DNA of 34,718 nt. It comes from a virus (lineage: Duplodnaviria > Caudoviricetes). Positions within the stretch are counted from its first letter, which is position 1. Every line of letters begins with the position of its first letter. The position numbers and the translations under genes were made by a program. Positions 1 through 10,635 of the stretch are shown here, in pieces. The DNA lies in IMG/VR virus record IMGVR_UViG_3300042564_003748, positions 1-34,718 of that record; one strand, written 5' to 3'. The notes under the pieces were generated by a model. That model ran no database searches, had not been told where the DNA came from, and saw nothing but the letters and a program-made list of their open reading frames with translations.

Positions 1-668
1 AGATTGATGTTAAGGAATTTGACATCTATACAAGTTGTGAAGCGTATGGTAAACAAGCTGAATACATTCGTGATGGTTTAAATTACGAACAATGGAGAAA
101 CAACTTAGTACAAGTTATTGAGAAGGCAAACATTAGACAAGTTGTTATTATGATGACAATTAATAGTCTATGTTTATTCAGTATCACAGAATTCTTAGAT
201 GATATGTTGGAATTGAAAGCCAAATATGGTTGGAACAAACCAATCGTTGACTTTAATATTCTTAGATGGCCAGCATTTATGTCACCGTTAACATTACCTG
301 ATGACATTAAACATGATTTACACGGTAAATTATCAATGTGGTGGAGAAAGAATAAGAAGAACCCTTTAATTAACATGCATGAGGGTGCTCAAATTCAAAG
401 ATTAGTGGATTACATTGAAGTTGTTAATAGAGGTCATAACACGACTGAAATGGACATGGAAATGCAGTACCACGACTTCAAGAGTTTCTACACTCAATAT
501 GATATTAGAAGAAATAAGAATTTTGTTGAAACATTCCCTGAATTAGAAGATTGGTTCAACTCGATTGAAATTGATAACACTATACCTGACGTAAGAGTAA
601 CCGACGGAAGAATTACTCACTATGAACCTGGTGAATACATATCAGATAAGGAAAATTATAATTTATAA
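1..668 (+). CDS. Radical SAM protein, C-terminal part (5'-truncated by window edge)
   Basis: The frame is open from position 3 (IDVKEFDIYTSCEAYGKQAEYIRDGLNYEQWRNNL...) into the 150..668 ORF. The S.E..G...EYIR.G..Y..W..N segment resembles the C-terminal barrel of twitch/SPASM-type radical SAM enzymes (compare ISIDAGT..TYE..R.GG.W..L..N in 32525..33592). CxxxCxxC is not in the window. Confidence 0.65.
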   Translation, partial: IDVKEFDIYTSCEAYGKQAEYIRDGLNYEQWRNNLVQVIEKANIRQVVIMMTINSLCLFSITEFLDDMLELKAKYGWNKPIVDFNILRWPAFMSPLTLPDDIKHDLHGKLSMWWRKNKKNPLINMHEGAQIQRLVDYIEVVNRGHNTTEMDMEMQYHDFKSFYTQYDIRRNKNFVETFPELEDWFNSIEIDNTIPDVRVTDGRITHYEPGEYISDKENYNL

Positions 669-2770
669 TGGTTATTAGTAAAAAGGTACCGGTAATTCAA
701 AATATTGTACAATCGAATAAAGTTTTAAAATTCGGATCAACTGACACAGAAGAGAGTTTTTTATTAAACAAAGAAAGATTGGGTGAGAATTGGGAATATT
801 TCAATAAGGAAATTGAATATAGATACAATTCTTGGGGATATAGAACTAAGGAATTCGAGGAACTAAAAGATGATTATATGATTGTCTTTGGTTGCTCGTT
901 TACCGAAGGTATTGGATTACATTATGACGATTTATGGTCGACCAAATTAGGTAAAGAACTCAATCTTGATGTATTGAACTTAGGTATGGGTGCAACAGGA
1001 ATAGATTTTCAATTCTATAACACAATACTAATCCACAACTATATCTTAAAGAAGGGTAAATTACCAAAATTTGTTGTTTATCAATGGCCTGATAGATATA
1101 GAAAAACGTACGCTTTTAACTCAATAGAAAGTAACGTAAGTAGAATCAATTTAGAATTATTCTCGGCATCATACCCTAAAAACGTACATCCAAAATCCGC
1201 CGAAAATTATCTCGAATGGTACTTAAAAAGTTATGTCGATAATCGAGGTGAACAAACTAAAGACATTGCTTTAGGTGTAACATTGTGTAATAACATATGG
1301 AAATCATTAAACATTCCTGTTGTAAATTGGCAATGGAGTGTTGGAATCGATAAACAAATAGATTTCGTACATAAGAATGAAATAAAAATACTAAGTGTAT
1401 ATGACAATACCAATGATAAAGCTAGAGACTGTTCACATAATGGTACACTTTCACAAACATTAGTGGTCGATGAAATTTTAAAAGTATTAAGGAACGATAA
1501 AAAAGTGTATTGCTCACTTGAAGATTGGGATAGTGTATTGAATTATTATCGACCAAACGGATCATCAAAATCTTGGTATCTAAATGAAACAGGTTCATTC
1601 GATTATCCTAAAATGTGGGGTGTTTGGAACTTATTTAACATCGAAGATGGTAACAAACCGTTTGGTTATGATGTGATAGTGGAAAATACAACACCAAAGT
1701 ATGGTGACGATGTTGTATTTCAAACAAAAGATGAGATTAGAGGAAAGAAACATCTATACATCATCAATGTATATGATAATCAATTCTTTAAGAAAAATGA
1801 GGAGATTGGATTTAAATGTATATCTGAACAATATATCAATGACATCAAAAACGGTAAATGTAAAATCGTAATGATTCATCAATTTGAAGGTTATAGTGCA
1901 TCATCATCAAAGAACAACGATTTAGATATAATTGATTCTTGGATTAGAGAAATAGACTTACCTCACGAATCGGTGTATTATATACACGGCAATTTATTGG
2001 TAGATGAGGTTAGAAAAGAAAAAGGATTCAAATTTAATTGTGTTCCAATTTCTATTTTTGATTCTTGGATAGACTATAGAATCTTTAAAGATGAAATGGT
2101 TGAGTTTAAACCTGTAGATAATGGATTTCTTTTCTTATCTTATAATAGAAATCCGAGATACCATCGAGTTTATTTAGTTTCCGAGTTCCTAAGACAAGGT
2201 CTTTTAAATAAAGGTAGAGTGAGTATTGGTAAGTTTGATAGTGACGAAACTGAATCGATTAAATTGTTGTCAGAAATGTCACCGTTAATTATTGACAGGA
2301 CATTAGATATTAATTGGGCAGGAAATCTTGAATTACCTGACCATGAAGCAACTTTTATGTCGATTGTTACTGAAACATTAATTGATGAATCTGTTCTTTT
2401 CATTTCTGAAAAAATTTGGAAACCAATTGTTGTTGGACATCCATTTATGATTTTAGGTAATGTTGGAACATTGAGATATATCAAAGATTTAGGGTTTAAA
2501 ACATTCGATAAATGGTTTGATGAAAGTTATGATAATGAAACGATTCATCACAAAAGAGTGGATATGGTTGTTAGTGAAATCAATAGATATAGAGACAAAT
2601 CGATTGATGAATTAAAAGCAATCAGAGAGGAAATGAGAGAAACTTGTGTTTATAATAGAAATAGATTTTTGGAAATTATTAAAGACAAGTACGACTACGA
2701 CGGAATGGGTGGAAGTAATAATAAGAAACCATTGGTTGAAATTTTTAAAGAGATATATAAAACCTTTTAA
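668..2770 (+). CDS. Two-domain protein: N-terminal SGNH/GDSL-like domain plus C-terminal glycosyltransferase-like domain
   Basis: N-terminal motifs VFGCSFTEG, NLGMGATG and RDCSHNG. C-terminal motifs FLSYNRNPRYHR, SIVTET...FISEKIWKPI..GHPF and LGFKTF..WFDESYD are shared with three paralogs in the window. Confidence 0.6.
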   Translation: MVISKKVPVIQNIVQSNKVLKFGSTDTEESFLLNKERLGENWEYFNKEIEYRYNSWGYRTKEFEELKDDYMIVFGCSFTEGIGLHYDDLWSTKLGKELNLDVLNLGMGATGIDFQFYNTILIHNYILKKGKLPKFVVYQWPDRYRKTYAFNSIESNVSRINLELFSASYPKNVHPKSAENYLEWYLKSYVDNRGEQTKDIALGVTLCNNIWKSLNIPVVNWQWSVGIDKQIDFVHKNEIKILSVYDNTNDKARDCSHNGTLSQTLVVDEILKVLRNDKKVYCSLEDWDSVLNYYRPNGSSKSWYLNETGSFDYPKMWGVWNLFNIEDGNKPFGYDVIVENTTPKYGDDVVFQTKDEIRGKKHLYIINVYDNQFFKKNEEIGFKCISEQYINDIKNGKCKIVMIHQFEGYSASSSKNNDLDIIDSWIREIDLPHESVYYIHGNLLVDEVRKEKGFKFNCVPISIFDSWIDYRIFKDEMVEFKPVDNGFLFLSYNRNPRYHRVYLVSEFLRQGLLNKGRVSIGKFDSDETESIKLLSEMSPLIIDRTLDINWAGNLELPDHEATFMSIVTETLIDESVLFISEKIWKPIVVGHPFMILGNVGTLRYIKDLGFKTFDKWFDESYDNETIHHKRVDMVVSEINRYRDKSIDELKAIREEMRETCVYNRNRFLEIIKDKYDYDGMGGSNNKKPLVEIFKEIYKTF

Positions 2771-2772
2771 TA

Positions 2773-4062
2773 ATGAATTTTGTATTTGAAGATGTTTCTA
2801 CGTGTAGAAATTTTATAAATAATTGGGAGATGAATGGTGTTGGTTCATATAGATTTACCATATCACCGCTATTCAATAGAATGTTCATTTTAGGACATAT
2901 AATCGAAGGGTTTGACGCTAACGTTAAGATATTTGACATCAACGATAAACCTGAAAATTATATCGTACCAGTGGGTGTACACAATGATCCACACATTTGG
3001 GCGGGAGGAGAATTTTCATCCAATCAAGAGGTGAGAAGTTTGTTTGAATTTTTAAATGAAACCTATTTGGATGATTTAATAAATCGTAAAGCACATCTTC
3101 TAATTGACTCAAGTTTAGAGGGTTACCATGAAGATTGGGTATTTGATTTCTTCCACAAAGAATGTGATAAAAGAGGTATACCTGCTGACAGAATGATTTT
3201 TGTTACAGGTAATTCTATTGTTGAAGAACGATATGAAAATTGGTTGAAAGAGAATCCGAAAGAAGTAAGAATGGTACCATTACCATATTCACATTTCGAA
3301 AATGATGTTTATTTAACATCTAAACAAATGTTGGACAATAATGATTTACCAACTTTCGAGGAACAAGTAAACCATAAGGAAAATAATTTAGATAGTATTA
3401 AACTCTACAATAACTTAAACAAGAAACCAAGAGAACATAGAATATGGTTTTACAGTAAACTATTCTACAATGATTTATTAGAAAAAGGATTGGTTAGTAT
3501 GAACCAAATTCACGTTTCACAAAGAAGATATTGTGGTGAGTTTATGGAACAGGAGTATGTTGAGAATTTTGCTAATACTCTACCATCATTGATATATGGA
3601 ACATCGAATGAAATTGAGGATACCGGTTATTACATCAATAGAGTCAACCATAAAGTTTGTGATGATAGTTGGATTTCAGTAATTAGTGAGGCGAGATTTG
3701 AAGATGAGGAGGGTACGGTATTTTTAAGTGAAAAAGTTTTCAAACCTATTGCGTCTCATCACCCATTCATTATTATGGGTAACAAACATAGCCTAAGAGA
3801 AATGAAAAAGTTAGGTTATAAAACATTTTCAGATTGGATAGATGAAAGTTATGATGAGTTGGATAATTTAGAAAGAATGGATGCGATTATCAAAGTCTTA
3901 AAAGATATTGATAAGATTGAAAATAAATTAGAATGGTTCAAGGGTATGGAAGAGGTGTTAAAATTTAATTACCAAGTCCTAAAACAAAATGTGATTAAGA
4001 CATACCCATATGCCTTTAATAAATTAACCGAAATATACGGTGAAAAGAAAAAATTGATTTAA
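2773..4062 (+). CDS. Putative glycosyltransferase-like protein (GT-B/GT10-like 'SEK..KP' family)
   Basis: LNKKPREHR, SVISE...FLSEKVFKPI..HHPFI, LGYKTF..WIDESYD. Paralog of the C-terminus of 668, and of 5223 and 15224. Ends KKKLI. Confidence 0.55.
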   Translation: MNFVFEDVSTCRNFINNWEMNGVGSYRFTISPLFNRMFILGHIIEGFDANVKIFDINDKPENYIVPVGVHNDPHIWAGGEFSSNQEVRSLFEFLNETYLDDLINRKAHLLIDSSLEGYHEDWVFDFFHKECDKRGIPADRMIFVTGNSIVEERYENWLKENPKEVRMVPLPYSHFENDVYLTSKQMLDNNDLPTFEEQVNHKENNLDSIKLYNNLNKKPREHRIWFYSKLFYNDLLEKGLVSMNQIHVSQRRYCGEFMEQEYVENFANTLPSLIYGTSNEIEDTGYYINRVNHKVCDDSWISVISEARFEDEEGTVFLSEKVFKPIASHHPFIIMGNKHSLREMKKLGYKTFSDWIDESYDELDNLERMDAIIKVLKDIDKIENKLEWFKGMEEVLKFNYQVLKQNVIKTYPYAFNKLTEIYGEKKKLI

Positions 4063-5223
4063 ATGAAAGTTGGATTTATTGGTGTAGGTAAATTAGGTAA
4101 AGATGCTGCTGAAGTAATGTATGAAGCGGGACATGATGTTTTAGGATATGACACTAGAATTGTTAAAGGTTGTAAACATGAAATGACATGGTTAATTGAG
4201 GATGTTTGTACACACGGTGAGATTATTTTTATTGCGGTACCAACACCACACGACCCATTATATGATGGGAAATATCCCACATCACATTTAAAACCTAAAG
4301 ACTTTGATTATACAATTGTAAAAGATGTTCTAACTGAGGTTAACAAATACACAAATAAAAATCAATTAGTTGTTCTAATATCAACAGTTTTACCTGGTAC
4401 AATACGTAAGGAATTCATACCATTATGTACTAATTTTAGATTTATTTATAATCCATATCTAATTGCTATGGGTACTGTTAAAGAGGATATGATAAATCCT
4501 GAGATGTTAATAATTGGTACTGAAGATGGTAGTAGAACTGGAGATGCCAATATACTAACAGAGTTTTATGGGACGTTTATTAATCCAAAAACAAGATGTG
4601 AAATAGGAACGTGGGATGAAGCTGAGGCTATCAAGATATTTTATAACACGTTTATATCAACTAAAATTGCGTTAGTTAATATGATACAAGACGTTGCTGA
4701 AATTAGAGGTAACATCAACGTTGATGTAGTAACCGGAGCACTTGAAAGGAGTACGAAAAGAATTATTAGTCCTGTATACATGAAGGCAGGAATGGGAGAT
4801 GGAGGAGGTTGTCACCCAAGAGACAATATTGCTTTAAGAACTTTGTCATCAGAATTGGGTTATGATATTTTTGATTCTATAATGAAAGCCCGTGAAAAAC
4901 AAGCGGAAAACTTGGCAAAAAAATTAGAAAATCTATCTAAAGAATATGGTTTACCGGTAATTATTTTAGGTAAGTCCTATAAACCCGACGTTGAATATAC
5001 CGAAGGTTCAACATCGATATTAACAAGTCACTATTTGGAAAAAAATGGAGTTGACTTTAAGTTCGATTCAGAACCCGAAACAGCAATCTACTTATTGGCA
5101 CATAGAGGAAAGTTCTATGATTACCAATTCCCAAAAGGTAGCGTAGTATTAGATGTGTGGAGAGAATTTGAGACTGACAATAATGACATTAAAATTATCC
5201 ATTACGGTAACACCAGAAAATAA
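4063..5223 (+). CDS. UDP-glucose/GDP-mannose dehydrogenase family protein
   Basis: Rossmann GFIGVGKLG, IAVPTP, STVLPGT, EAIKIFYNTF...K, catalytic GGGCHPRD, and LGKSYKP. Confidence 0.92.
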   Translation: MKVGFIGVGKLGKDAAEVMYEAGHDVLGYDTRIVKGCKHEMTWLIEDVCTHGEIIFIAVPTPHDPLYDGKYPTSHLKPKDFDYTIVKDVLTEVNKYTNKNQLVVLISTVLPGTIRKEFIPLCTNFRFIYNPYLIAMGTVKEDMINPEMLIIGTEDGSRTGDANILTEFYGTFINPKTRCEIGTWDEAEAIKIFYNTFISTKIALVNMIQDVAEIRGNINVDVVTGALERSTKRIISPVYMKAGMGDGGGCHPRDNIALRTLSSELGYDIFDSIMKAREKQAENLAKKLENLSKEYGLPVIILGKSYKPDVEYTEGSTSILTSHYLEKNGVDFKFDSEPETAIYLLAHRGKFYDYQFPKGSVVLDVWREFETDNNDIKIIHYGNTRK

Positions 5224-6566
5224 TGAAAAGAAAATTAAATTTAGTATATGACGATTGGGCAGTAGGTGAAGAAAATCCCAAACCAAACGGTGTTAAAATA
5301 TACAACGGTGATTTATTTTGGGATGGTGAAATGTTAGTCAGAAATTATTATGATAGAGGATTAGCGTTTGGATACTATGAAGACCAATTCCCTGAAGAAT
5401 CGGATAGATTTGAAACCGTAAAATGTAGAATGGAGGATGTTAAACAAAATCCAAATCAAAAATACTACTACGTAATTGATTATTTCAGATTTGATTTATG
5501 TAAAGCACTTTGTTGTGGAGGAATAGAACACGGAGAAGTTATCGAAGCAGTTTTAAATCGTATCCCACCTATGGGAGAAGAGGTGTTAAAATCATTGAGG
5601 GAAGATGATAATTTCTTTCTTTTAATGATGACAGCACATGAACCTGAAGGTGTTAAAGCGTTCGAATGTCTAAATGAATTCGTGGAGAAACATTCCATCA
5701 ACCCCAAAAAAATATTCATTGTAAATAACAATAGTAAATTAAATGAATTAAAGCACACATATTCACCCGATGTGAATGTACACTCGTTAAAATTTATACC
5801 AAGTACATCAAACTATAGTTTAACAAGAGTTAATTCAAGATTCAATCCAAATAAAGAAGGTAAATTTTTCTTGTGTCATAACAGATCACCCAAGGTTCAT
5901 AGATATACTATCTTAACATTACTTAAACATGAAGGATTATTGGATGATGTGAATTGGTCATTAGTGCCAAGTTATAGTGCTGCTGACAGAGCATTTTTTG
6001 GCACACTATTGAATAGAGAAGATTTTAAAAAATATGACAATGAAATTGAATATTTCAGGTCAGTGGATATTAAGAGAAGTGATTACGAAGTGGATGAAAA
6101 GTGGTTTAAACCAAACACACCTGAAATTAATGTTGAGGGTTTACCTGTGTGGATGAGAGTACCCGAAAAAGAACTTACATTTGAGAATTCATATGTTAAT
6201 ATTGTGACGGAATCGGCATACATTAATAGTGAGTTTATTGTACATATAACTGAAAAATCATTTAGACCTTTTTATCATTATCAACTACCAATTTTCGTGG
6301 CGTCACATCATCACATTAAACATCTAAAAGAGATATACGGTTTTGATATGTTTGAAGACATAATTGACCACTCATATGATGACGTTGTAAATCACAGAGA
6401 TAGGTTATTTAAAATTGTGGAGGAAATTAAAAGATTGGATGGGAAGAAAGAGGAGATTAAGGAATTCTATAAGAACAATTATGAAAGATTTGAAAAAAAT
6501 AAAATTATAATATATAACATCCTAAAGAATACGGATGATTATTTATTTTTTAGAAATTTGATTTAG
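5223..6566 (+). CDS. Putative glycosyltransferase-like protein (paralog family)
   Basis: LNLVYD N-terminus, FLCHNRSPKVHR, SYVNIVTES...ITEKSFRPF, GFDMFEDIIDHSYD. Ends RNLI. Confidence 0.55.
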   Translation: MKRKLNLVYDDWAVGEENPKPNGVKIYNGDLFWDGEMLVRNYYDRGLAFGYYEDQFPEESDRFETVKCRMEDVKQNPNQKYYYVIDYFRFDLCKALCCGGIEHGEVIEAVLNRIPPMGEEVLKSLREDDNFFLLMMTAHEPEGVKAFECLNEFVEKHSINPKKIFIVNNNSKLNELKHTYSPDVNVHSLKFIPSTSNYSLTRVNSRFNPNKEGKFFLCHNRSPKVHRYTILTLLKHEGLLDDVNWSLVPSYSAADRAFFGTLLNREDFKKYDNEIEYFRSVDIKRSDYEVDEKWFKPNTPEINVEGLPVWMRVPEKELTFENSYVNIVTESAYINSEFIVHITEKSFRPFYHYQLPIFVASHHHIKHLKEIYGFDMFEDIIDHSYDDVVNHRDRLFKIVEEIKRLDGKKEEIKEFYKNNYERFEKNKIIIYNILKNTDDYLFFRNLI

Positions 6567-6568
6567 TT

Positions 6569-7306
6569 ATGAGTAAATTATGGGTTTTTGGTGATAGTTA
6601 CACTGCGGAATATTTTCCCGTGGGAGAGGAATTTACAGTTAGTAATTATGACCATTATAAAGAATTTAAAGGAGGTGTTTTACCTGATATTTGGCCAACA
6701 CTATTAGGTAGGAAACTTGGTTACGAAGTTAAGAATTATGCGGTTGGAGGTTCCGCCAACACCAACATATTTTTAAGTTTTCTTAACGTATGTGAACAAT
6801 TGGAAGAAAATGATAGAGTGATAATTGGATGGTCTAATAATAAAAGATTTGTAGCGGCAAATTTTAATATTGACATCTTCAATAATATATTACCATGTGA
6901 TAGTGAGTTTTTAGAAACACACCTTTCAAAAAGAACAATTGATGAAATCTTCTATAATAGAACACACCCAATATGGGTTGAGGAGGTTTATGGTTGGATT
7001 AAATTAATCAATCTTTATTGTGATTTAAAAAAGGTTAAAATACATCATTGGTCTAGTGATGATGATATGACTTGTCACTTCAATCAAATCGATGATGTAA
7101 AATTTATTAGTGTTTTAGATTCGGTGAACAAATGTTTAGGATTAATGGAACGAATTTCAGAATTGAATTACGAACAAACAGGACAACATAGTAGAATTAT
7201 TTTTGAAACTGATAATAAAATTGTGGATGGTCATTTTGGTGAATACGGTCACATTGCTCAGGCGGATTATTTTTATAACTTTATTAAAAAACACGAACAA
7301 TGTTAA
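6569..7306 (+). CDS. SGNH/GDSL hydrolase-like protein
   Basis: Block I WVFGDSYT, block II NYAVGGSAN, C-terminal DGHF...GH. Confidence 0.7.
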   Translation: MSKLWVFGDSYTAEYFPVGEEFTVSNYDHYKEFKGGVLPDIWPTLLGRKLGYEVKNYAVGGSANTNIFLSFLNVCEQLEENDRVIIGWSNNKRFVAANFNIDIFNNILPCDSEFLETHLSKRTIDEIFYNRTHPIWVEEVYGWIKLINLYCDLKKVKIHHWSSDDDMTCHFNQIDDVKFISVLDSVNKCLGLMERISELNYEQTGQHSRIIFETDNKIVDGHFGEYGHIAQADYFYNFIKKHEQC

Positions 7307-8046
7307 ACATAGGAGTTGCCGGTTGTTCACATTCAGGAGGTGGTTATGGACATGCTTGGACATATTATATGTCACATAAATTAGGTTGTAAATTAACCGA
7401 CGTGACAGCACCTGGTGTCGGTAACGAAATGATGGTTGAGAAGATTAAGAAAACTTTAGAAACCAAAATTGAACATGACGAAGTAGACTTTTATATATAT
7501 CAAATAATCGAACCATCAAGACTTGTCTTGGGGTTAAATGGAAATGACGTAGAGGAAGAGTATAAAAAATATCAAACTGGAATCCAATATAATCCAACCA
7601 ACATTAATTGTCATAGACAAACTAACGGAATTTCTTATTTTACATTTCAACAATCTTTTTGTAATAATGATGTAAATAGAATTATTGATGGGAACTACGA
7701 TGTAGAAAAATTCATAAGAAAACATATTTTGATTTCGGACTTTAACATGAAAGTTAAAGTTTTTCATACTTTAATGGCCATTAAAAACCTATGTGATTTT
7801 TATAAAAAGAAAGTTTTATTTTTTTCTTGGTCGGTAGACATTAAAGAACTTGCAAAGGAGGTAGGATATGAAGATATACTAACCTCAATGTATGTTATGG
7901 ATGGTAACGTTGAAACGTTCGCAAAAGGTAGAGAATTAAAAACCGTAAGTGAGCTTGACTTTCATTACGGATCAGAATCCCAACGAGTAATTTATGAAGA
8001 TTATCTTCATGAAAATATTGTGGATTTTATAAATAATAAATTATGA
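7300..8046 (+). CDS. SGNH/GDSL hydrolase-like protein
   Basis: VAGCSHS, PGVGNE, C-terminal DFHYG. Confidence 0.6.
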   Translation: MLNIGVAGCSHSGGGYGHAWTYYMSHKLGCKLTDVTAPGVGNEMMVEKIKKTLETKIEHDEVDFYIYQIIEPSRLVLGLNGNDVEEEYKKYQTGIQYNPTNINCHRQTNGISYFTFQQSFCNNDVNRIIDGNYDVEKFIRKHILISDFNMKVKVFHTLMAIKNLCDFYKKKVLFFSWSVDIKELAKEVGYEDILTSMYVMDGNVETFAKGRELKTVSELDFHYGSESQRVIYEDYLHENIVDFINNKL

Positions 8047-8681
8047 GATTATTAACATTCGGAGATAGTTGGACCGCAGGTCATGGAATTGAAACTGACG
8101 TAATTTACAAAGAGAACGCTCACCCAATACAAGGAAAGGGTTTCATTGTTAATCTGAGGAGATTTAATTCGTGGCCAAGATATGTTGCAGAAAAACTCGA
8201 TTGTGTGTTCGTAAACAATGGTTACTGTGGTGCAGGCAATCATGACATATATAGTGAAGTTAAAATACTATTCGATGATAAAATGATTGAAGACGATGAC
8301 GTATTTATAATCATGTTCTCATATCCACACAGATATAGAGTTAAGAAACCCGAAAATAATCCGATTAAAATATTCGAAAAATTAGAAGAATTATTAAAAT
8401 CACATAAACGTTTTTACTTCAACAGCTTTTACCCAACATTTAAAGATGAGGATGGATTTGATACTTCAACGTTACCCGATTATTTTATTAATCCAAATGG
8501 TACAATGGTTGATATGTTAAGAGACTATGAGGTTTCAAACGACGTATCGGTTTGGGAATATGGAAGTAGAAGTGTTTGGGAAAATGAACATAACCTTTGG
8601 TGGGGTGATTATCACCCGAATCTTTTAGGATATAAATTGATTGCGAATGAAATCGTAAATCAAATTCAGAATAGGTTATAA
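8043..8681 (+). CDS. SGNH/GDSL hydrolase-like protein
   Basis: LTFGDSWTAG, NNGYCGAGN, DYHPNLLGY. Confidence 0.75.
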   Translation: MRLLTFGDSWTAGHGIETDVIYKENAHPIQGKGFIVNLRRFNSWPRYVAEKLDCVFVNNGYCGAGNHDIYSEVKILFDDKMIEDDDVFIIMFSYPHRYRVKKPENNPIKIFEKLEELLKSHKRFYFNSFYPTFKDEDGFDTSTLPDYFINPNGTMVDMLRDYEVSNDVSVWEYGSRSVWENEHNLWWGDYHPNLLGYKLIANEIVNQIQNRL

Positions 8682-9394
8682 TGTATAATGAAATCAATAA
8701 CGGATTGTTTATCAACCATTTATCAAAACAATTTGATAAATTAAAATACTATACACCAAATGTTGCTACAGATTCTAAACTTGTTGCCGTTATTGTTGAG
8801 TGCCGACCATTACCCTACCTTTTAACAGTAATTAAAACGGTAATGTTTTATTTAGGTGATAAATGGTCATTACAAGTATTTCATGGATTAGAACATGAAG
8901 AGGAATTGAAGGGTGAGATGAAATCTTGGGGAGACGTTCACTTTGAAAGTATGGGTGTTGACAACATCACCAAAATAGAATATAACAACTTATTGAAATC
9001 ACCAAGTTTTTGGAATAAAGTTAAAGGTGAAAAGGTTTTAATATTCCAATCTGACGCAATTCTTCTTAGAAAGGGTATTGAGGAGTTTTTAGAATACGAC
9101 TATATCGGTGCTCCGTGGATAAAACCCAAAGAAAATAGTTACGTTGGTAACGGTGGACTATCACTAAGAACGAAAGATGTGATGTTAAAGATTGCCGAAG
9201 AACATACCGACGACAACGACCCACAAGAGGATATATTCTTTATAAAGTACTTGGATGGTTATAAGGTTGCCGATGTTAAAACCGCAATGAAGTTCAGTGT
9301 TGAAGACGTATACTTCCCAAATCCATTGGGGTTACATAATCCCGTGAAAATCAATCCGAGCCTATTGTTTAATATTTTGGAAAATAATGAGTAA
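8681..9394 (+). CDS. DUF5672-like putative glycosyltransferase
   Basis: LIFQSD, YDYIGAPW, VGNGGLSLR, EDIFF, A..FSVE and GLH motifs. Confidence 0.75.
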   Translation: MYNEINNGLFINHLSKQFDKLKYYTPNVATDSKLVAVIVECRPLPYLLTVIKTVMFYLGDKWSLQVFHGLEHEEELKGEMKSWGDVHFESMGVDNITKIEYNNLLKSPSFWNKVKGEKVLIFQSDAILLRKGIEEFLEYDYIGAPWIKPKENSYVGNGGLSLRTKDVMLKIAEEHTDDNDPQEDIFFIKYLDGYKVADVKTAMKFSVEDVYFPNPLGLHNPVKINPSLLFNILENNE

Positions 9395-9400
9395 ATACAT

Positions 9401-9429
9401 TTGTATTTTTGACATTTTTTCATTATATT
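9401..9429 (+). promoter_or_regulatory. Putative promoter TTGTAT-N17-TATATT, 6 nt before ATG 9436 (leaderless)
   Basis: TTGTAT at 9401-9406, 17-nt spacer, TATATT at 9424-9429. Same geometry as three other intergenic sites. Confidence 0.6.
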
Positions 9430-9435
9430 TTAGGT

Positions 9436-10635
9436 ATGAATCATGATTTTAACTGGCCGTTAATTAACGATAACATATCCCAACAAGACAGAGAAGTCCT
9501 TGCTGACTTTGTTCTGAATGGTAAAAGATTCACTAATGGAGAAAAAGTTAGAGAATTCGAATCTATTTGGTCCAAATGGTTAGGTGTGAAACACAGTACT
9601 ATGGTTAACTCTGGTAGTTCTGGTAATTTCATATCGATGGCAATGGTTAAGGAATTAAGAGGTGTTGGTGAAATTATAGTACCACCACTTGGTTGGGTTT
9701 CCGACATATCATCTGCGTTACAATTAGGTATGACCGTTAGGTTTGTTGACATCTCAATTAGAAACCTTTCAATAACGGCAGACAATATTAGAAAAGCAAT
9801 TACACCTGAAACTAAAGCAATTGTATTAGTCCATTGTTTAGGTTTCAACGCCATCAATGAAGAAATAATCAAAATTGCTAAAGAACATAATCTATTATTA
9901 ATCGAAGATTGTTGTGAAGCACACGGAGCAACATTCAACGGTCAAAAAGTTGGTTCATTTGGTGACATATCAATATTCTCATTTTATTTTGGACATCACA
10001 TAACAACCATTGAAGGTGGTATGGTTTGTGTTAACGATGACAAACTACATGATTTAGCTCGACTATTTCGTTCACATGGAATGACAAGAGAGGCGTCAAC
10101 TGAATTACAAGCGAAGTATAGAAAATCACACCCACACTTAAATCCACTATTCACATTTTCGGTACCAGGTTTTAATATGAGAAGTACCGAACTTAATGCC
10201 GTTTTAGGTATTGAACAAATGAAGAGAATTGACTACAATATCGAGAAACGTAGACACAATTTAAAAGTTTGGTTGGAGAATTTAGATAATAGAAAATACG
10301 TCACAAATTACAATACAGAAGGTAATAGCAGTTTCGCTTTACCATTAATAATTTTACCTGGTTATTCATCACAGTTCAAAGTAAATGATGATTATTCAAG
10401 TGTATGTGATTTGTTGAATTTTGAAAAAGTTGAGTATCGTTTAGGGACTGCAGGTGGAGGTGACCAAACATCACAACCATACATGGAGAAGTTCACGTAT
10501 TTTGTACATGGTAGTACCGCAAACATTGATTGGGTACATAATAATTCATTATATATCGGTAACCATACTGATTTAACAGATGAACAAATAATTAATTTAT
10601 GTAATAAACTAAATAAGGTATTCGATGAGTTTTAA
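9436..10635 (+). CDS. DegT/DnrJ-fold PLP enzyme, ColD-like NDP-4-keto-6-deoxyhexose 3-dehydratase
   Basis: VNSGSS.N, IEDCCEAHGA, SFYFGHHITTIEGG (His at the position of the PLP Lys), RSHGMTR, GFNMR. Start reassigned from TTG 9409 to the in-frame ATG 9436. Confidence 0.8.
   Translation: MNHDFNWPLINDNISQQDREVLADFVLNGKRFTNGEKVREFESIWSKWLGVKHSTMVNSGSSGNFISMAMVKELRGVGEIIVPPLGWVSDISSALQLGMTVRFVDISIRNLSITADNIRKAITPETKAIVLVHCLGFNAINEEIIKIAKEHNLLLIEDCCEAHGATFNGQKVGSFGDISIFSFYFGHHITTIEGGMVCVNDDKLHDLARLFRSHGMTREASTELQAKYRKSHPHLNPLFTFSVPGFNMRSTELNAVLGIEQMKRIDYNIEKRRHNLKVWLENLDNRKYVTNYNTEGNSSFALPLIILPGYSSQFKVNDDYSSVCDLLNFEKVEYRLGTAGGGDQTSQPYMEKFTYFVHGSTANIDWVHNNSLYIGNHTDLTDEQIINLCNKLNKVFDEF

Noticed and set aside
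9409-9435. TTG start at 9409 (likewise GTG 15200 and TTG 11586)
   Set aside because: Downstream in-frame ATGs (9436, 15224, 11592) fit better. The 9409 extension lies within the predicted promoter, and 15224 matches the paralog N-terminus.
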